Origin: an uncultured Chloroflexia bacterium
GTDB lineage: Bacteria > Chloroflexota > Limnocylindria > Limnocylindrales > CSP1-4
Assembly: GCA_963713975.1 (NCBI GenBank)
Contig: OY970218.1
Location: forward strand, 2,336,001 to 2,400,000
DNA: 64,000 nucleotides
Direction: 5' to 3'
Part shown: piece by piece, positions 29,870 through 38,820 of the stretch
Layout: every line of letters begins with the position of its first letter
Numbering within the stretch: the stretch's first letter is position 1
Notes under the pieces: generated by a model
What the model was told of the DNA's origin: nothing
The model's input: only the letters and a program-made list of their open reading frames with translations
The model's database searches: none
Made by a program: the position numbers and the translations under genes

Positions 29870-30493
29870 GTGCGACGCCGGTCGATTCTGCTGCTCGCCA
29901 TTCTGATCGCGATCGGCGTCGCCGCCTTCTTGAACCTCACGATGGCCGCGAATGCTGGTCCTCATGCCGATGGCAAGGGAGACCTTGCCTTCATGAACAA
30001 CCCTGATGCCTGGATCGGCTCGGGAGCCGATTCCGCAGCTTCGGGAGCCGCGGACTACACATGGGGCATCCCGGTGTGCGACGCGACCGGGACGGGTGCC
30101 ATCGTGCTCGACAGCGTCGAGCCGACTGGCAGCCTAGGAGCCGGTGCGACCCTGATTGGGGCGCTCACCCATCGGATCGGGACAGCCGACGACCACGGCG
30201 TCTCGCAGGTTCCAGGCTATCCGCCATATGACGCTCTCCCTGGAGTGACACTCCGCCCCATCGCCGGAACCGCTGTGACGGACCCGTGCTCCAGTAGTGC
30301 CAGAACCGAAGTCCTGGTCGGCTTGCGCATGGCGTCTACTGCCGGCGGTGGCTGGCGAGGCGTGAGCATCAAGTACCACGTCCGTGGGCGACCGCAAACC
30401 CTCCTCGCCAACGAGTACATCGTGATCTGCGGGACGGCCTTGACGTGCGAGGACATCGCCCGCGACATGCCGTCCTCGTCACCGGTGCGCTGA
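29870..30493 (+). CDS. Membrane-anchored or secreted beta-rich protein with 4 Cys
   Basis: GGAGG RBS, GTG start, RRRSILLLAILIAIGVAAF anchor; 17 bp after the upstream stop. Confidence 0.78.
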   Translation: MRRRSILLLAILIAIGVAAFLNLTMAANAGPHADGKGDLAFMNNPDAWIGSGADSAASGAADYTWGIPVCDATGTGAIVLDSVEPTGSLGAGATLIGALTHRIGTADDHGVSQVPGYPPYDALPGVTLRPIAGTAVTDPCSSSARTEVLVGLRMASTAGGGWRGVSIKYHVRGRPQTLLANEYIVICGTALTCEDIARDMPSSSPVR

Positions 30494-30831
30494 CAACCCT
30501 TGGCCAGGACGCTTGGGTGGAGGCCTGCAGAGCGCGACCATCGCGCGGTGCCGCCCGCGTGCAACACCTGGCCAGCGTGGCCAGTACGTGTCCCGCGGCA
30601 GCACCCCCTGGACCCTCTCGGGCTCGGATAGGCAGGCCGGACTTGGACGCCTCGATCGCGGTGATGCGGCGCGTATCGGAGGAGATCCGGGCCGACTGAC
30701 TGGCCGGCGTAACCCGCCTCGCGCGTCGCGCCACGCCGTCCGGCCTGCTCCGCGCTGTGCTGTAATGGCCTTCACGTCTGACCTCGAACTTGCACGGGCG
30801 GGCCCCTGACGCCCCCCGGATCGGAGGAGTC

Positions 30832-32163
30832 ATGGGCACCAGCGAACCCGGCATGACCAGCGAGGAGATCGTCGCCCTCTCGCGCGCACACACGCTTTTC
30901 TCGTGGTCTGTTCAGGGCGCGCTCGCCCCGATCGCCATCGACCACGCGGAGGGCGTCTACCTGTACACCCCCGAGGGGCAGCGCATCCTGGACTTCAACG
31001 CCCAGCTGATGTCGGTCAACATCGGCCACGGTGACAAGCGCGTGATCGAGGCGATCAATGCGCAGGCGGCCAAGCTCCAGTTCGTGCAGCCTGCCTTCGC
31101 CACCGAGGTCCGCGCACGGCTCGGTGCCAAGCTGGCCGAGATCATGCCCGGCGACCTCAACAAGGTGTTCTTCACGCTCGGCGGGGCCGAGGCGGTCGAG
31201 AACGCGATCAAGCTCGCCCGCCACTACACGGGCAAGCACAAGCTCCTCGCCCGCTACCGCGCCTACCACGGCGCCACGGCCGGGGCCATGACCCTCACGG
31301 GCGACTACCGCCGATGGGCCAACGAGCCGGGCATCGTGGGTGTCGTCCGCTACCCTGATACGCACCGCTGGGGCGAGAAGGAGCCGCGCCCCGTCGAGGA
31401 GTCCCTCAATGGCCTCGAGGACGTCATCAGGTACGAGGGCGCCCAGACCATCGCGGCCGTGTTCCTCGAGACGGTCGTTGGGACGAACGGCATCCTCATC
31501 CCGCCCGACGGCTACCTCCAGGGCGTCCGCGACCTGTGTGACAAGTACGAGATCCTGATGGTCGCGGACGAGGTCATGGCGGGCTTCGGGCGGACCGGCA
31601 AGTGGTTCGCCATGGACCACTGGGGCGTCACGCCCGACCTCATGACGATGGCCAAGGGCCTGACGTCGAGCTACCTGCCGCTCGGCGCGGTCGCGATGCG
31701 CGACCACATCGCCGAGGCGATGGAAACGAAGATGTTCTACGGGGGCCTGACGTACAGCAGCCACCCCGTCAGCCTCGCAGCGGCCCTGGCCACGATCGGG
31801 GTCTACGAGGAGGACGACCTCATCGGCAATTCCGCCCGGATGGGTGCCGTGATGCGGGCCCACCACGAGCGGCTGGCCGCCAAGCACCCGAGCGTTGGCG
31901 CCCACCGCAACATCGGCCTGTTCGGCATCCTCGACCTTGTCCGCTCGCAGGATCCGTGGACGCCGCTCACGCCGTTCAACGGGACCAGTGACGAGATGAA
32001 GGCGATCGGCAAGTTCTTCCGGGACAACGGCCTGTACGTGATGATCGCCAACAACTCGATCCATACGAACCCGCCGCTGTGCATCAACGAGGAGCAGCTG
32101 GCCGAGGGCTTCGACCTGATCGACAAGGCGCTCGACATCGCGGACCAGGCGGTCACCGGCTGA
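30832..32163 (+). CDS. Class III aminotransferase (probable beta-alanine/omega-amino acid transaminase)
   Basis: EAVENAIK, YHGAT, DEVMAGFGRTG, MAKGLTS. Confidence 0.93.
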   Translation: MGTSEPGMTSEEIVALSRAHTLFSWSVQGALAPIAIDHAEGVYLYTPEGQRILDFNAQLMSVNIGHGDKRVIEAINAQAAKLQFVQPAFATEVRARLGAKLAEIMPGDLNKVFFTLGGAEAVENAIKLARHYTGKHKLLARYRAYHGATAGAMTLTGDYRRWANEPGIVGVVRYPDTHRWGEKEPRPVEESLNGLEDVIRYEGAQTIAAVFLETVVGTNGILIPPDGYLQGVRDLCDKYEILMVADEVMAGFGRTGKWFAMDHWGVTPDLMTMAKGLTSSYLPLGAVAMRDHIAEAMETKMFYGGLTYSSHPVSLAAALATIGVYEEDDLIGNSARMGAVMRAHHERLAAKHPSVGAHRNIGLFGILDLVRSQDPWTPLTPFNGTSDEMKAIGKFFRDNGLYVMIANNSIHTNPPLCINEEQLAEGFDLIDKALDIADQAVTG

Positions 32164-32210
32164 ACGAGCTCACGGGTGCGGGCATCCGCACACCAGCCAC
32201 GGGGTCAAGC

Positions 32211-33014
32211 ATGCCGGACGGTGCGCTGCCCGTGATCCGCCTGCGCGGCGTGGCCAAGACGTGGCCCGCCGCGCCCGGTGGAGCCCCCGTCGAGACGCTT
32301 CGGGACGTCGACCTCGACATCGCCCCGGGCGAGTTCGTGTCGCTCATCGGCCCATCGGGCTGTGGCAAGTCCACGCTCCTCCGCGCAGTCGCCGACCTCG
32401 TCCGTCCGAGCGCGGGCGAGGTGATGGTCAACGGCAAGCTGCCGGGGCAGGCGCGCCTCGACCACGACTACGGCATGGTCTTCCAGGTGCCCGTGCTGTT
32501 CGACTGGCGAACGGTGGAGGAGAACGTCCAGCTGCCGCTCGAGGTCCTTGGGCGTCCGGCTGACTGGAGCGCGGACCGGGTTCGGGCGATGCTCGAGCTG
32601 GTGGAGCTCGAGGGGTTTGCACGCCACCGGCCGTACGAGCTGTCGGGGGGCATGCAGCAGCGCGTCTCGATCGCGCGCGCGCTGTCGTTCGAGCCCCGCA
32701 TCCTGCTGATGGACGAGCCGTTCGGGGCCCTGGACGAGATGACGCGCGAGCGCCTCAACGACGCCGTGCTGCGGATCTGGGAGCGCACGGGCATCACGGT
32801 CGTGTTCGTCACCCACTCGATCCCTGAGGCTGTCTACCTCTCCTCGCGGGTCGTGGTGATGAGCGCGCGGCCGGGCCAGATCGTGGGCATCGTGGACGTG
32901 GACCTTCCCCGGCCGAGGACGGAGGCGACGCGCGAGACGGGCGTGTTCTTCGACCTCGTCACGGGTGTTCGGGAGCTGCTTCGATCCGGCGGCATGGCTG
33001 ATGGAGACGGCTGA
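32211..33014 (+). CDS. ABC transporter ATP-binding protein (NitT/TauT type); possible alternative CTG start at 32160
   Basis: GPSGCGKST, LSGGMQQR, DEPFGALD, VTHS. Confidence 0.93.
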   Translation: MPDGALPVIRLRGVAKTWPAAPGGAPVETLRDVDLDIAPGEFVSLIGPSGCGKSTLLRAVADLVRPSAGEVMVNGKLPGQARLDHDYGMVFQVPVLFDWRTVEENVQLPLEVLGRPADWSADRVRAMLELVELEGFARHRPYELSGGMQQRVSIARALSFEPRILLMDEPFGALDEMTRERLNDAVLRIWERTGITVVFVTHSIPEAVYLSSRVVVMSARPGQIVGIVDVDLPRPRTEATRETGVFFDLVTGVRELLRSGGMADGDG

Positions 33015-33199
33015 GGCGCCCCGGGAGCGCGACGGTCTCCGCCGCCGAGGTCTTGTGTCGTTGGCCGGCCACCCGAGCGTCTCGGACAGGCCTTGACCAT
33101 TTGACGGATCGGACCGCTCCGGGCGATGGTTGGGCCAGTCGAAAGCGCCGGGTTTGCATCCAGTCCGTCCGTTGCGTTCGCGACAGATCGGATTGCTCG

Positions 33200-33508
33200 A
33201 TGGCCCGCACGTCCTTCCCCCTGCCCGAGACGACCATCGTCGTCTCCACCGACGGCTACTTCGACGTCTACCCGCCCGCCCCTCGCACCAATGGCGACAA
33301 GCCTGCCTACCGCGGCCGCCTCAATGAGCTCGGCGCCGGGATCCGCGGTGTCGACGACCGCCTTGCCGTGCGCCCGTCGTCACCAGCTCTGGCGGAGGCC
33401 GTCATCCTGTGGTCTTCCGCCAACGGCGCCGATGCCCTGCGGGGCTCGATGGGCGGTGGCCGCGATGGCAACGGGGTCGAGGTCGAGGCTGATCCGGCTG
33501 CCAGCTGA
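33200..33508 (+). CDS. Hypothetical protein (102 aa)
   Basis: GC3-biased frame; upstream TTGACG-N18-GATGGT candidate promoter. Confidence 0.6.
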   Translation: MARTSFPLPETTIVVSTDGYFDVYPPAPRTNGDKPAYRGRLNELGAGIRGVDDRLAVRPSSPALAEAVILWSSANGADALRGSMGGGRDGNGVEVEADPAAS

Positions 33509-33792
33509 TCGTCGATTGTCGCCCGTTGCAGCGGCCGGTGATCGCCCGACGCGATCATCGCCCGCTCAGCGGCGCTTGAACCCCTTGATCGTGATGACGC
33601 CCTTGGCGCCCGCGTCGCCGGCTGGCCGTCGGGGGACCACCCCCGTCCGATGGCTGCGTTCCGGATAAGGAATCGCAAGGACCCGAGGTCTATCACCAAA
33701 CTCTCAGAAACGGATTCCAGCGTGGTTCCTGACAGCCCGTGCTCATCCGCGCCAGCAGGTGTCGGCGCCCCGGGCGAGAGGAAGACGCACGC

Positions 33793-35430
33793 ATGCACGA
33801 TCCGCAGTCCCAGCCGCCGGGCCCGCCCGACGTGCCGAACGTCACGCAGCCGCCCACGCCGCCCGTCCAGACGGAGTCGCCGACCGAGCCCTTCGTGTCG
33901 ACGTGGGCCGCGCCGGCTTCCGCCGAGACCGCACCGGCCGCCGCCGCGCAACCGCCTGCGACCGCCACGCCCGCCGCTTGGGCGCCGCCCCGATTCGCTC
34001 CCCCGGAGCCGCCGGGCGTCACCGGTCCCGCCGGGTCAGCCTACGCCGCCACCGGTACCACGCGCGCGTTCGCTCCGCCCGAGCCGCCCGCCGCCGCGCC
34101 TCGCGCCACCACCGGCCGCCGATCGGGCGGCAGCGGCATGGTCATCGGTGCCGTGCTCGCGACCGCCGTTCTAGCGTCCGGGGGCACCTACATCGCGATG
34201 AACGCCGCCGGCGCGAACCGCGAGATCGCGACTGAGGCGCCGGTCTTCGCCCCGGCCGCGGCAGGCCCGGGAATCCAGCCCACCCAGGCGCCCGTCGCAG
34301 CCGCTCCCGCCACGCCCGGCCCCGTCGCCACGGCCGCGCCCGCGGCGCCGGTCGCTCCCGGCAGCGGACAGGCCTCCGTCGTCGACATCGTCAAGGCCGT
34401 CAGCCCGGCCGTCGTCACGATCGTCGCCGATGGCGTCACCGAGACCGACCCCACCTCCGGCATGTCCGGCACCGGGACGGCCACCGGGTCCGGGGTCATC
34501 TTCGATGCCAACGGCCTGGTCCTCACCAACCGCCACGTCGTCGAGGGCAGCCCCTCGAAGCTCACGGTGCACCTCAAGGACGGCCGGTCCTTCGACGCGA
34601 CCGTGTACGGCGTCGACACCCTCACCGACCTCGCCATCGTCAAGGTCGAGGCGACCGGCCTCCCGACCGCGCCGATCGGCGACTCGTCGTCCATCCAGGT
34701 CGGCCAGCAGGCAATCGCGATCGGCAGCCCGCTCGGCGAGTTCACGGATTCGGTCACGAGCGGGATCATCTCCGGGATGGGCCGCAGCATCGACACGGCC
34801 ACCGGCTCCCTGTCCAACCTCATCCAGACCGACACCGCCATCAACCCCGGCAACAGCGGCGGCCCGCTCCTCGATTCGACCGGCTCGGTGATCGCCATCA
34901 ACACGGCCATCGCCAGCTCCAGCCAGGGCATCGGCTTCGCGATCCCGATCAACATCGCCCGCCCGTTGCTCGCCCAGGCGTCTGCCGGGCAGGCGCTGGC
35001 CCGCCCGTGGCTGGGCCTCATGTTCCGGACGATCACCCCGGCGATCCAGCAGGAGGCCAGCCTCCCGGTGGCCGACGGCGCCTGGATCCCCTCGGCGTCC
35101 GCGCTCTCCGGCCAGGCGGGCGGCGGCCAGGGATCGAACGGGCAGGGGATCAACCCCAACGACCCGTTCAACCAGGATCCCAACGCCCTGGGTGGTGGCT
35201 CCGCGGCCATCGGACAGGTGATCGTGCCCGGCAGTCCCGCCGAGCAGGCCGGGCTCCAGGCCGGCGACATCATCACCGCGCTCAACGGCACGGCGCTCGA
35301 TGGGGCGCACCCGCTCGACCTGGTCCTCAGCCAGAGCGAGCCCGGCCAGGCCGTCACGCTCGACGTGGTCCGGGACGGCCAGACGATCGAGGTGTCCTTG
35401 ACCCTCGGGACCCGCCCCGCCACCCAGTAG
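33793..35430 (+). CDS. htrA: HtrA/DegP-family serine protease with TM anchor and PDZ domain
   Basis: GSG, TNRHV, DLA, IQTDTAINPGNSGG, SPA..AGL..GD. Confidence 0.93.
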   Translation: MHDPQSQPPGPPDVPNVTQPPTPPVQTESPTEPFVSTWAAPASAETAPAAAAQPPATATPAAWAPPRFAPPEPPGVTGPAGSAYAATGTTRAFAPPEPPAAAPRATTGRRSGGSGMVIGAVLATAVLASGGTYIAMNAAGANREIATEAPVFAPAAAGPGIQPTQAPVAAAPATPGPVATAAPAAPVAPGSGQASVVDIVKAVSPAVVTIVADGVTETDPTSGMSGTGTATGSGVIFDANGLVLTNRHVVEGSPSKLTVHLKDGRSFDATVYGVDTLTDLAIVKVEATGLPTAPIGDSSSIQVGQQAIAIGSPLGEFTDSVTSGIISGMGRSIDTATGSLSNLIQTDTAINPGNSGGPLLDSTGSVIAINTAIASSSQGIGFAIPINIARPLLAQASAGQALARPWLGLMFRTITPAIQQEASLPVADGAWIPSASALSGQAGGGQGSNGQGINPNDPFNQDPNALGGGSAAIGQVIVPGSPAEQAGLQAGDIITALNGTALDGAHPLDLVLSQSEPGQAVTLDVVRDGQTIEVSLTLGTRPATQ

Positions 35431-35515
35431 CACCCAGCCGATCACGCGGTCCGGGGCCGGCACCCGTCGCACGACGGGTCCGGCTCCGGTACCGGTCACC
35501 AAGGAGACCCCGATC

Positions 35516-36592
35516 ATGACCATGCCCGGCGACCACACCTCAGCAGCACCGCTCGCCTCCGTCGCACCGCTCGCACCCGTCGCTCCCGTCGCCCCCGTCG
35601 CGGCACTCGAGCCCGCCGATCCCCGCGTCACCGCGGAGGCGGTCCTGTTCGAGATCCGCCGCGTCATCGTGGGCCAGGACGCGATGCTCGAGCGCATCCT
35701 CGTCGCGCTGCTCGCCGGCGGTCACCTGCTGCTCGAGGGCGTTCCCGGGCTGGCCAAGACACTCACGATCCGGACCCTCGCCGACGCCCTGGACGCCTCG
35801 TTCCGGCGGATCCAGTTCACGCCGGACCTCGTTCCCGGCGACCTCGTCGGCACGCGGATCTACCGGCCCGACTCCGGCACCTTCGACACCGAGCTCGGCC
35901 CCGTGTTCTGCAACTTCCTGCTCGCCGACGAGATCAACCGCGCCCCGGCCAAGGTCCAGTCGGCGCTGCTCGAGGTGATGCAGGAGCGCCAGGTCACCAT
36001 CGGCCAGGAGAGCCACCCGGTCCCGAAGCCGTTCCTGGTGATGGCGACGCAGAACCCGATCGAGTCCGAGGGCACCTACCCGCTGCCGGAGGCCCAGGTC
36101 GACCGGTTCATGATGAAGGTCGTCGTGGGCTACCCGACCCCCGCCGAGGAGGCGACGGTCGTGGAGCGGTCGCTGCGCCCGGCTCCCGAGGTCCGGACCG
36201 TGCTCACCGCGGACGGCCTCGCCCAGCTGCAGGCCGCCACGCCGCGGATCTACGTCGACCCGGCGATCACGGCCTACGCGGTCTCGCTGGTGACGGCGAC
36301 CCGGGACCCCGGCCGCGTTGGCCTGCCCAACCTCAAGCCGTACATCGCGTTCGGGGCCAGCCCGCGCGGCTCGATCAACCTGATCCACGCTGCCCGCGCC
36401 CTGGCCGTGATCCGGGGACGCCGGTACGTCCTCCCGAGCGATGTCGCCGAGCTGGCTCCCGACGTGCTCCGTCACCGGCTGGTGCCGAGCTTCACCGCGC
36501 TGGCCGAGGAGGTCTCCACGGACAGCCTGCTCGCCTCGATCCTGCCGGCCGTCCCGGCGCCGCGCCAGATCACCGAGGAGCGCAGCGCATGA
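35516..36592 (+). CDS. moxR: MoxR AAA+ ATPase
   Basis: GVPGLAKT, RIQFTPDL, DEINRAPAK, NPIE.EGTY.LPEAQ.DRF, GASPR. Confidence 0.95.
   Translation: MTMPGDHTSAAPLASVAPLAPVAPVAPVAALEPADPRVTAEAVLFEIRRVIVGQDAMLERILVALLAGGHLLLEGVPGLAKTLTIRTLADALDASFRRIQFTPDLVPGDLVGTRIYRPDSGTFDTELGPVFCNFLLADEINRAPAKVQSALLEVMQERQVTIGQESHPVPKPFLVMATQNPIESEGTYPLPEAQVDRFMMKVVVGYPTPAEEATVVERSLRPAPEVRTVLTADGLAQLQAATPRIYVDPAITAYAVSLVTATRDPGRVGLPNLKPYIAFGASPRGSINLIHAARALAVIRGRRYVLPSDVAELAPDVLRHRLVPSFTALAEEVSTDSLLASILPAVPAPRQITEERSA
35546..35600 (+). repeat. Degenerate 9-bp repeat encoding (AP[LV])n at the MoxR N-terminus
   Basis: APLASVAPLAPVAPVAPV. Confidence 0.7.
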
Positions 36593-37527
36593 CGGCTCCT
36601 GTGCTGCACGCCCTGGCGCCGCAGCGCACCCCCGCGCAGCCGGGGCCCGGGCCCACGCCCGAGGCACTCCTGCGCGCCCTCGACGTCACGATCGGGCGCC
36701 GGATCCGCGGGCTGGTGCCCGGCGAGTTCCGGGCCCATGAGCTGGGCGGCGGCACGGAGCTGGCACAGGTCCGCCCGTACGAGCCCGGTGACGACGTACG
36801 CCGCATCGACTGGAACGTGACGGCCCGGATGCCGATGCCCCACGTCCGCGTCCACGTCCCGGAGCGCTCGCTCACGACGTGGCTGGTGCTCGACGAGTCG
36901 GCCTCGATGACCTTCGGGACGGCGGACCGCCGCAAGGCGGATGTCGCGGAGGGCGTGGCGTTGGCCATCGGCCACCTGTCCACCCGGCACGGGAACCGCC
37001 TCGGCGTCCTGGCATTCGGCGGTCCCACGGACCGGCGCACGGCACCGCGCGGGGGCCGGGCTGGCCTCCTGGCCTCCCTCTCGGCGCGCCCCGCCGGCAC
37101 CGGGACCGACCTCCAGGCCGGGACCTCGCCTGCGGCCGCGCTGCGCTTCCTTGCCGGCAGCGATGCCCGCGGTGGCCTCGTCGTCGTGGTCTCCGACTTC
37201 CGCGGCCCGCGGGACTGGCTGCCGCTGCTCGCCGCGGTCGCGGCCCGGCACCAGCTGCTGACGATCGAGATCCGCGACCCGCGCGAGGATGACCTTCCCG
37301 ACGTCGGCGAGCTGACCCTGGTCGACGCGGAGACAGGCCGCGAGGTCCGTGTCGACACGTCGTCCCGGCGCCTGCGTGAGCGATTTGCCGCCGCCGCCGC
37401 CGAGGAGCGAACGGCCCTGACCCAGGAGCTCCGGCGTCTCGGGGCCCGACACATCGTCCTGTCCACGTCGGGCGAGTGGCTCCGGTCCCTCGCCGTCCAA
37501 CTGCGTACCCGGGGAGCCCTGGCATGA
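36589..37527 (+). CDS. DUF58 (VWA-like) protein
   Basis: R.Y.PGDDVRRIDWNVTAR, DESASM.FG, VSDF. Confidence 0.92.
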   Translation: MTAPVLHALAPQRTPAQPGPGPTPEALLRALDVTIGRRIRGLVPGEFRAHELGGGTELAQVRPYEPGDDVRRIDWNVTARMPMPHVRVHVPERSLTTWLVLDESASMTFGTADRRKADVAEGVALAIGHLSTRHGNRLGVLAFGGPTDRRTAPRGGRAGLLASLSARPAGTGTDLQAGTSPAAALRFLAGSDARGGLVVVVSDFRGPRDWLPLLAAVAARHQLLTIEIRDPREDDLPDVGELTLVDAETGREVRVDTSSRRLRERFAAAAAEERTALTQELRRLGARHIVLSTSGEWLRSLAVQLRTRGALA

Positions 37528-38558
37528 CCTTCTCGTCCCCCGAGCTCCTGCTCGCCCTCCTGCTCGTCCCGGTCTTTCTGGGCCTGTACCTGCTCGTCCA
37601 GCGCCGCCGGACGCGGTACGTGGTGCGGTTCACCAACGTCGCCCTGCTGGAGAACCTCGCTCCCCGCACGCCCTCGTGGCGGCGGCACGTGCCCACCGCC
37701 CTGTACCTGGTGGCGATCGCGGCCCTCGGTGTCGCCCTGGCGCGTCCCTCGATGACTCTCGCCGTCCCGCGCGAGGAGGCGACGGTGATGCTGGCGATGG
37801 ACACGTCGCGTTCGATGCTGGCCACCGATGTCGATCCGGACCGCCTCGCCTCGGCCAAGGCGGCCGCGTCGTCGTTCATCGACGGCCTGCCGGACGGGTT
37901 CCGGGTGGGCCTGGTGGCCTTCTCGACGGAGGCACGGCTCGTGGTCCCTCCGACGACGGACCGGGCCCAGCTCCAGGCTGCGCTCCAGGGCCTGCGCGCC
38001 GACGGCGGTACCGCCCTGGGTGACGCGATCGCCCTGGCGGTCGACACTGCCGGCGTCGCCTCCGCCGTCGCCGCGCATCCGGCGGTCGACCCGCTGGCAC
38101 CGTCCCCTGCGCCGACGCCGTCGCCATCGGGGATTGCCGACACGCAGGGAGCCCCGCTCGTCGCCACCGTCCTGCTGAGCGACGGCAAGAACTCCACGGG
38201 CCAGCTGGAGCCGCTGGACGCTGCCGCGGATGCGGCCGCCCAGGGCGTTCCCGTCTACACGATCGCCCTCGGGACCGCCGCCGGCACCGTCGACGTCCCG
38301 AACGGGATGGGCGGCACGCAAACCCTCGAGGTCCCGCCGGACACGCAGACCCTCAAGGAGGTCGCCAGCGCCACCGGGGCGCGCTTCTTCGAGGCGCCGA
38401 CGTCCGCGGACCTGGCCGCGATCTACGAGAGCCTTGGCTCCAGGGTGGGCTTCACGACCCAGGAGCAGGAGGTCACCCAGTGGTTTGCCGCTGGCGCGCT
38501 CGTCCTGGTGCTCGCCGGAGCGGGCTTCGCGGCCCTCTGGTTCAACCGCATCCCCTGA
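37524..38558 (+). CDS. BatA-like VWA membrane protein
   Basis: N-terminal double TM, LARP, MIDAS DTSRS...GGT...LLSDG, C-terminal TM. Confidence 0.92.
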   Translation: MTFSSPELLLALLLVPVFLGLYLLVQRRRTRYVVRFTNVALLENLAPRTPSWRRHVPTALYLVAIAALGVALARPSMTLAVPREEATVMLAMDTSRSMLATDVDPDRLASAKAAASSFIDGLPDGFRVGLVAFSTEARLVVPPTTDRAQLQAALQGLRADGGTALGDAIALAVDTAGVASAVAAHPAVDPLAPSPAPTPSPSGIADTQGAPLVATVLLSDGKNSTGQLEPLDAAADAAAQGVPVYTIALGTAAGTVDVPNGMGGTQTLEVPPDTQTLKEVASATGARFFEAPTSADLAAIYESLGSRVGFTTQEQEVTQWFAAGALVLVLAGAGFAALWFNRIP

Positions 38559-38614
38559 CCGGGCGGCCCCTCGCCCGGTTCAAGCCCCAAGACGCGGCCC
38601 GACCCGGCGCCTGA

Positions 38615-38806
38615 TCAGCGCCGGGTCTGCCGTCGCCGTTCGAGGATCAGGACGGCCACGGCCACTGCGATCAGCACGCCCCCGACCACCGCCCAAAACG
38701 GGCTGCCGGTCATCACGCTGCCACCGATGGCGCCGAGACCCTGGCCCAGCCACACGAGGCCGACAAGGGCGGCCAGGACGGCCACTACCAGTCGGGACAG
38801 GCGCAT
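38615..38806 (-). CDS. 63-aa two-TM small membrane protein
   Basis: GLVWLGQGLG.IGGS.MTG.PFW motif; AGGAGGGG RBS. Confidence 0.8.
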   Translation of the reverse strand: MRLSRLVVAVLAALVGLVWLGQGLGAIGGSVMTGSPFWAVVGGVLIAVAVAVLILERRRQTRR

Positions 38807-38820
38807 ATCGTCCCCTCCTG

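Noticed and set aside
28244-30700. Atypical insert as an IS element or prophage
   Set aside because: No transposase, integrase, terminal inverted repeats or target duplication visible
33121-33170. GGCGATGG start resembling a fluoride riboswitch
   Set aside because: Lacks the TCGCC pairing and the CTGATGAC/CTAC 3' element; better explained as a -10 element
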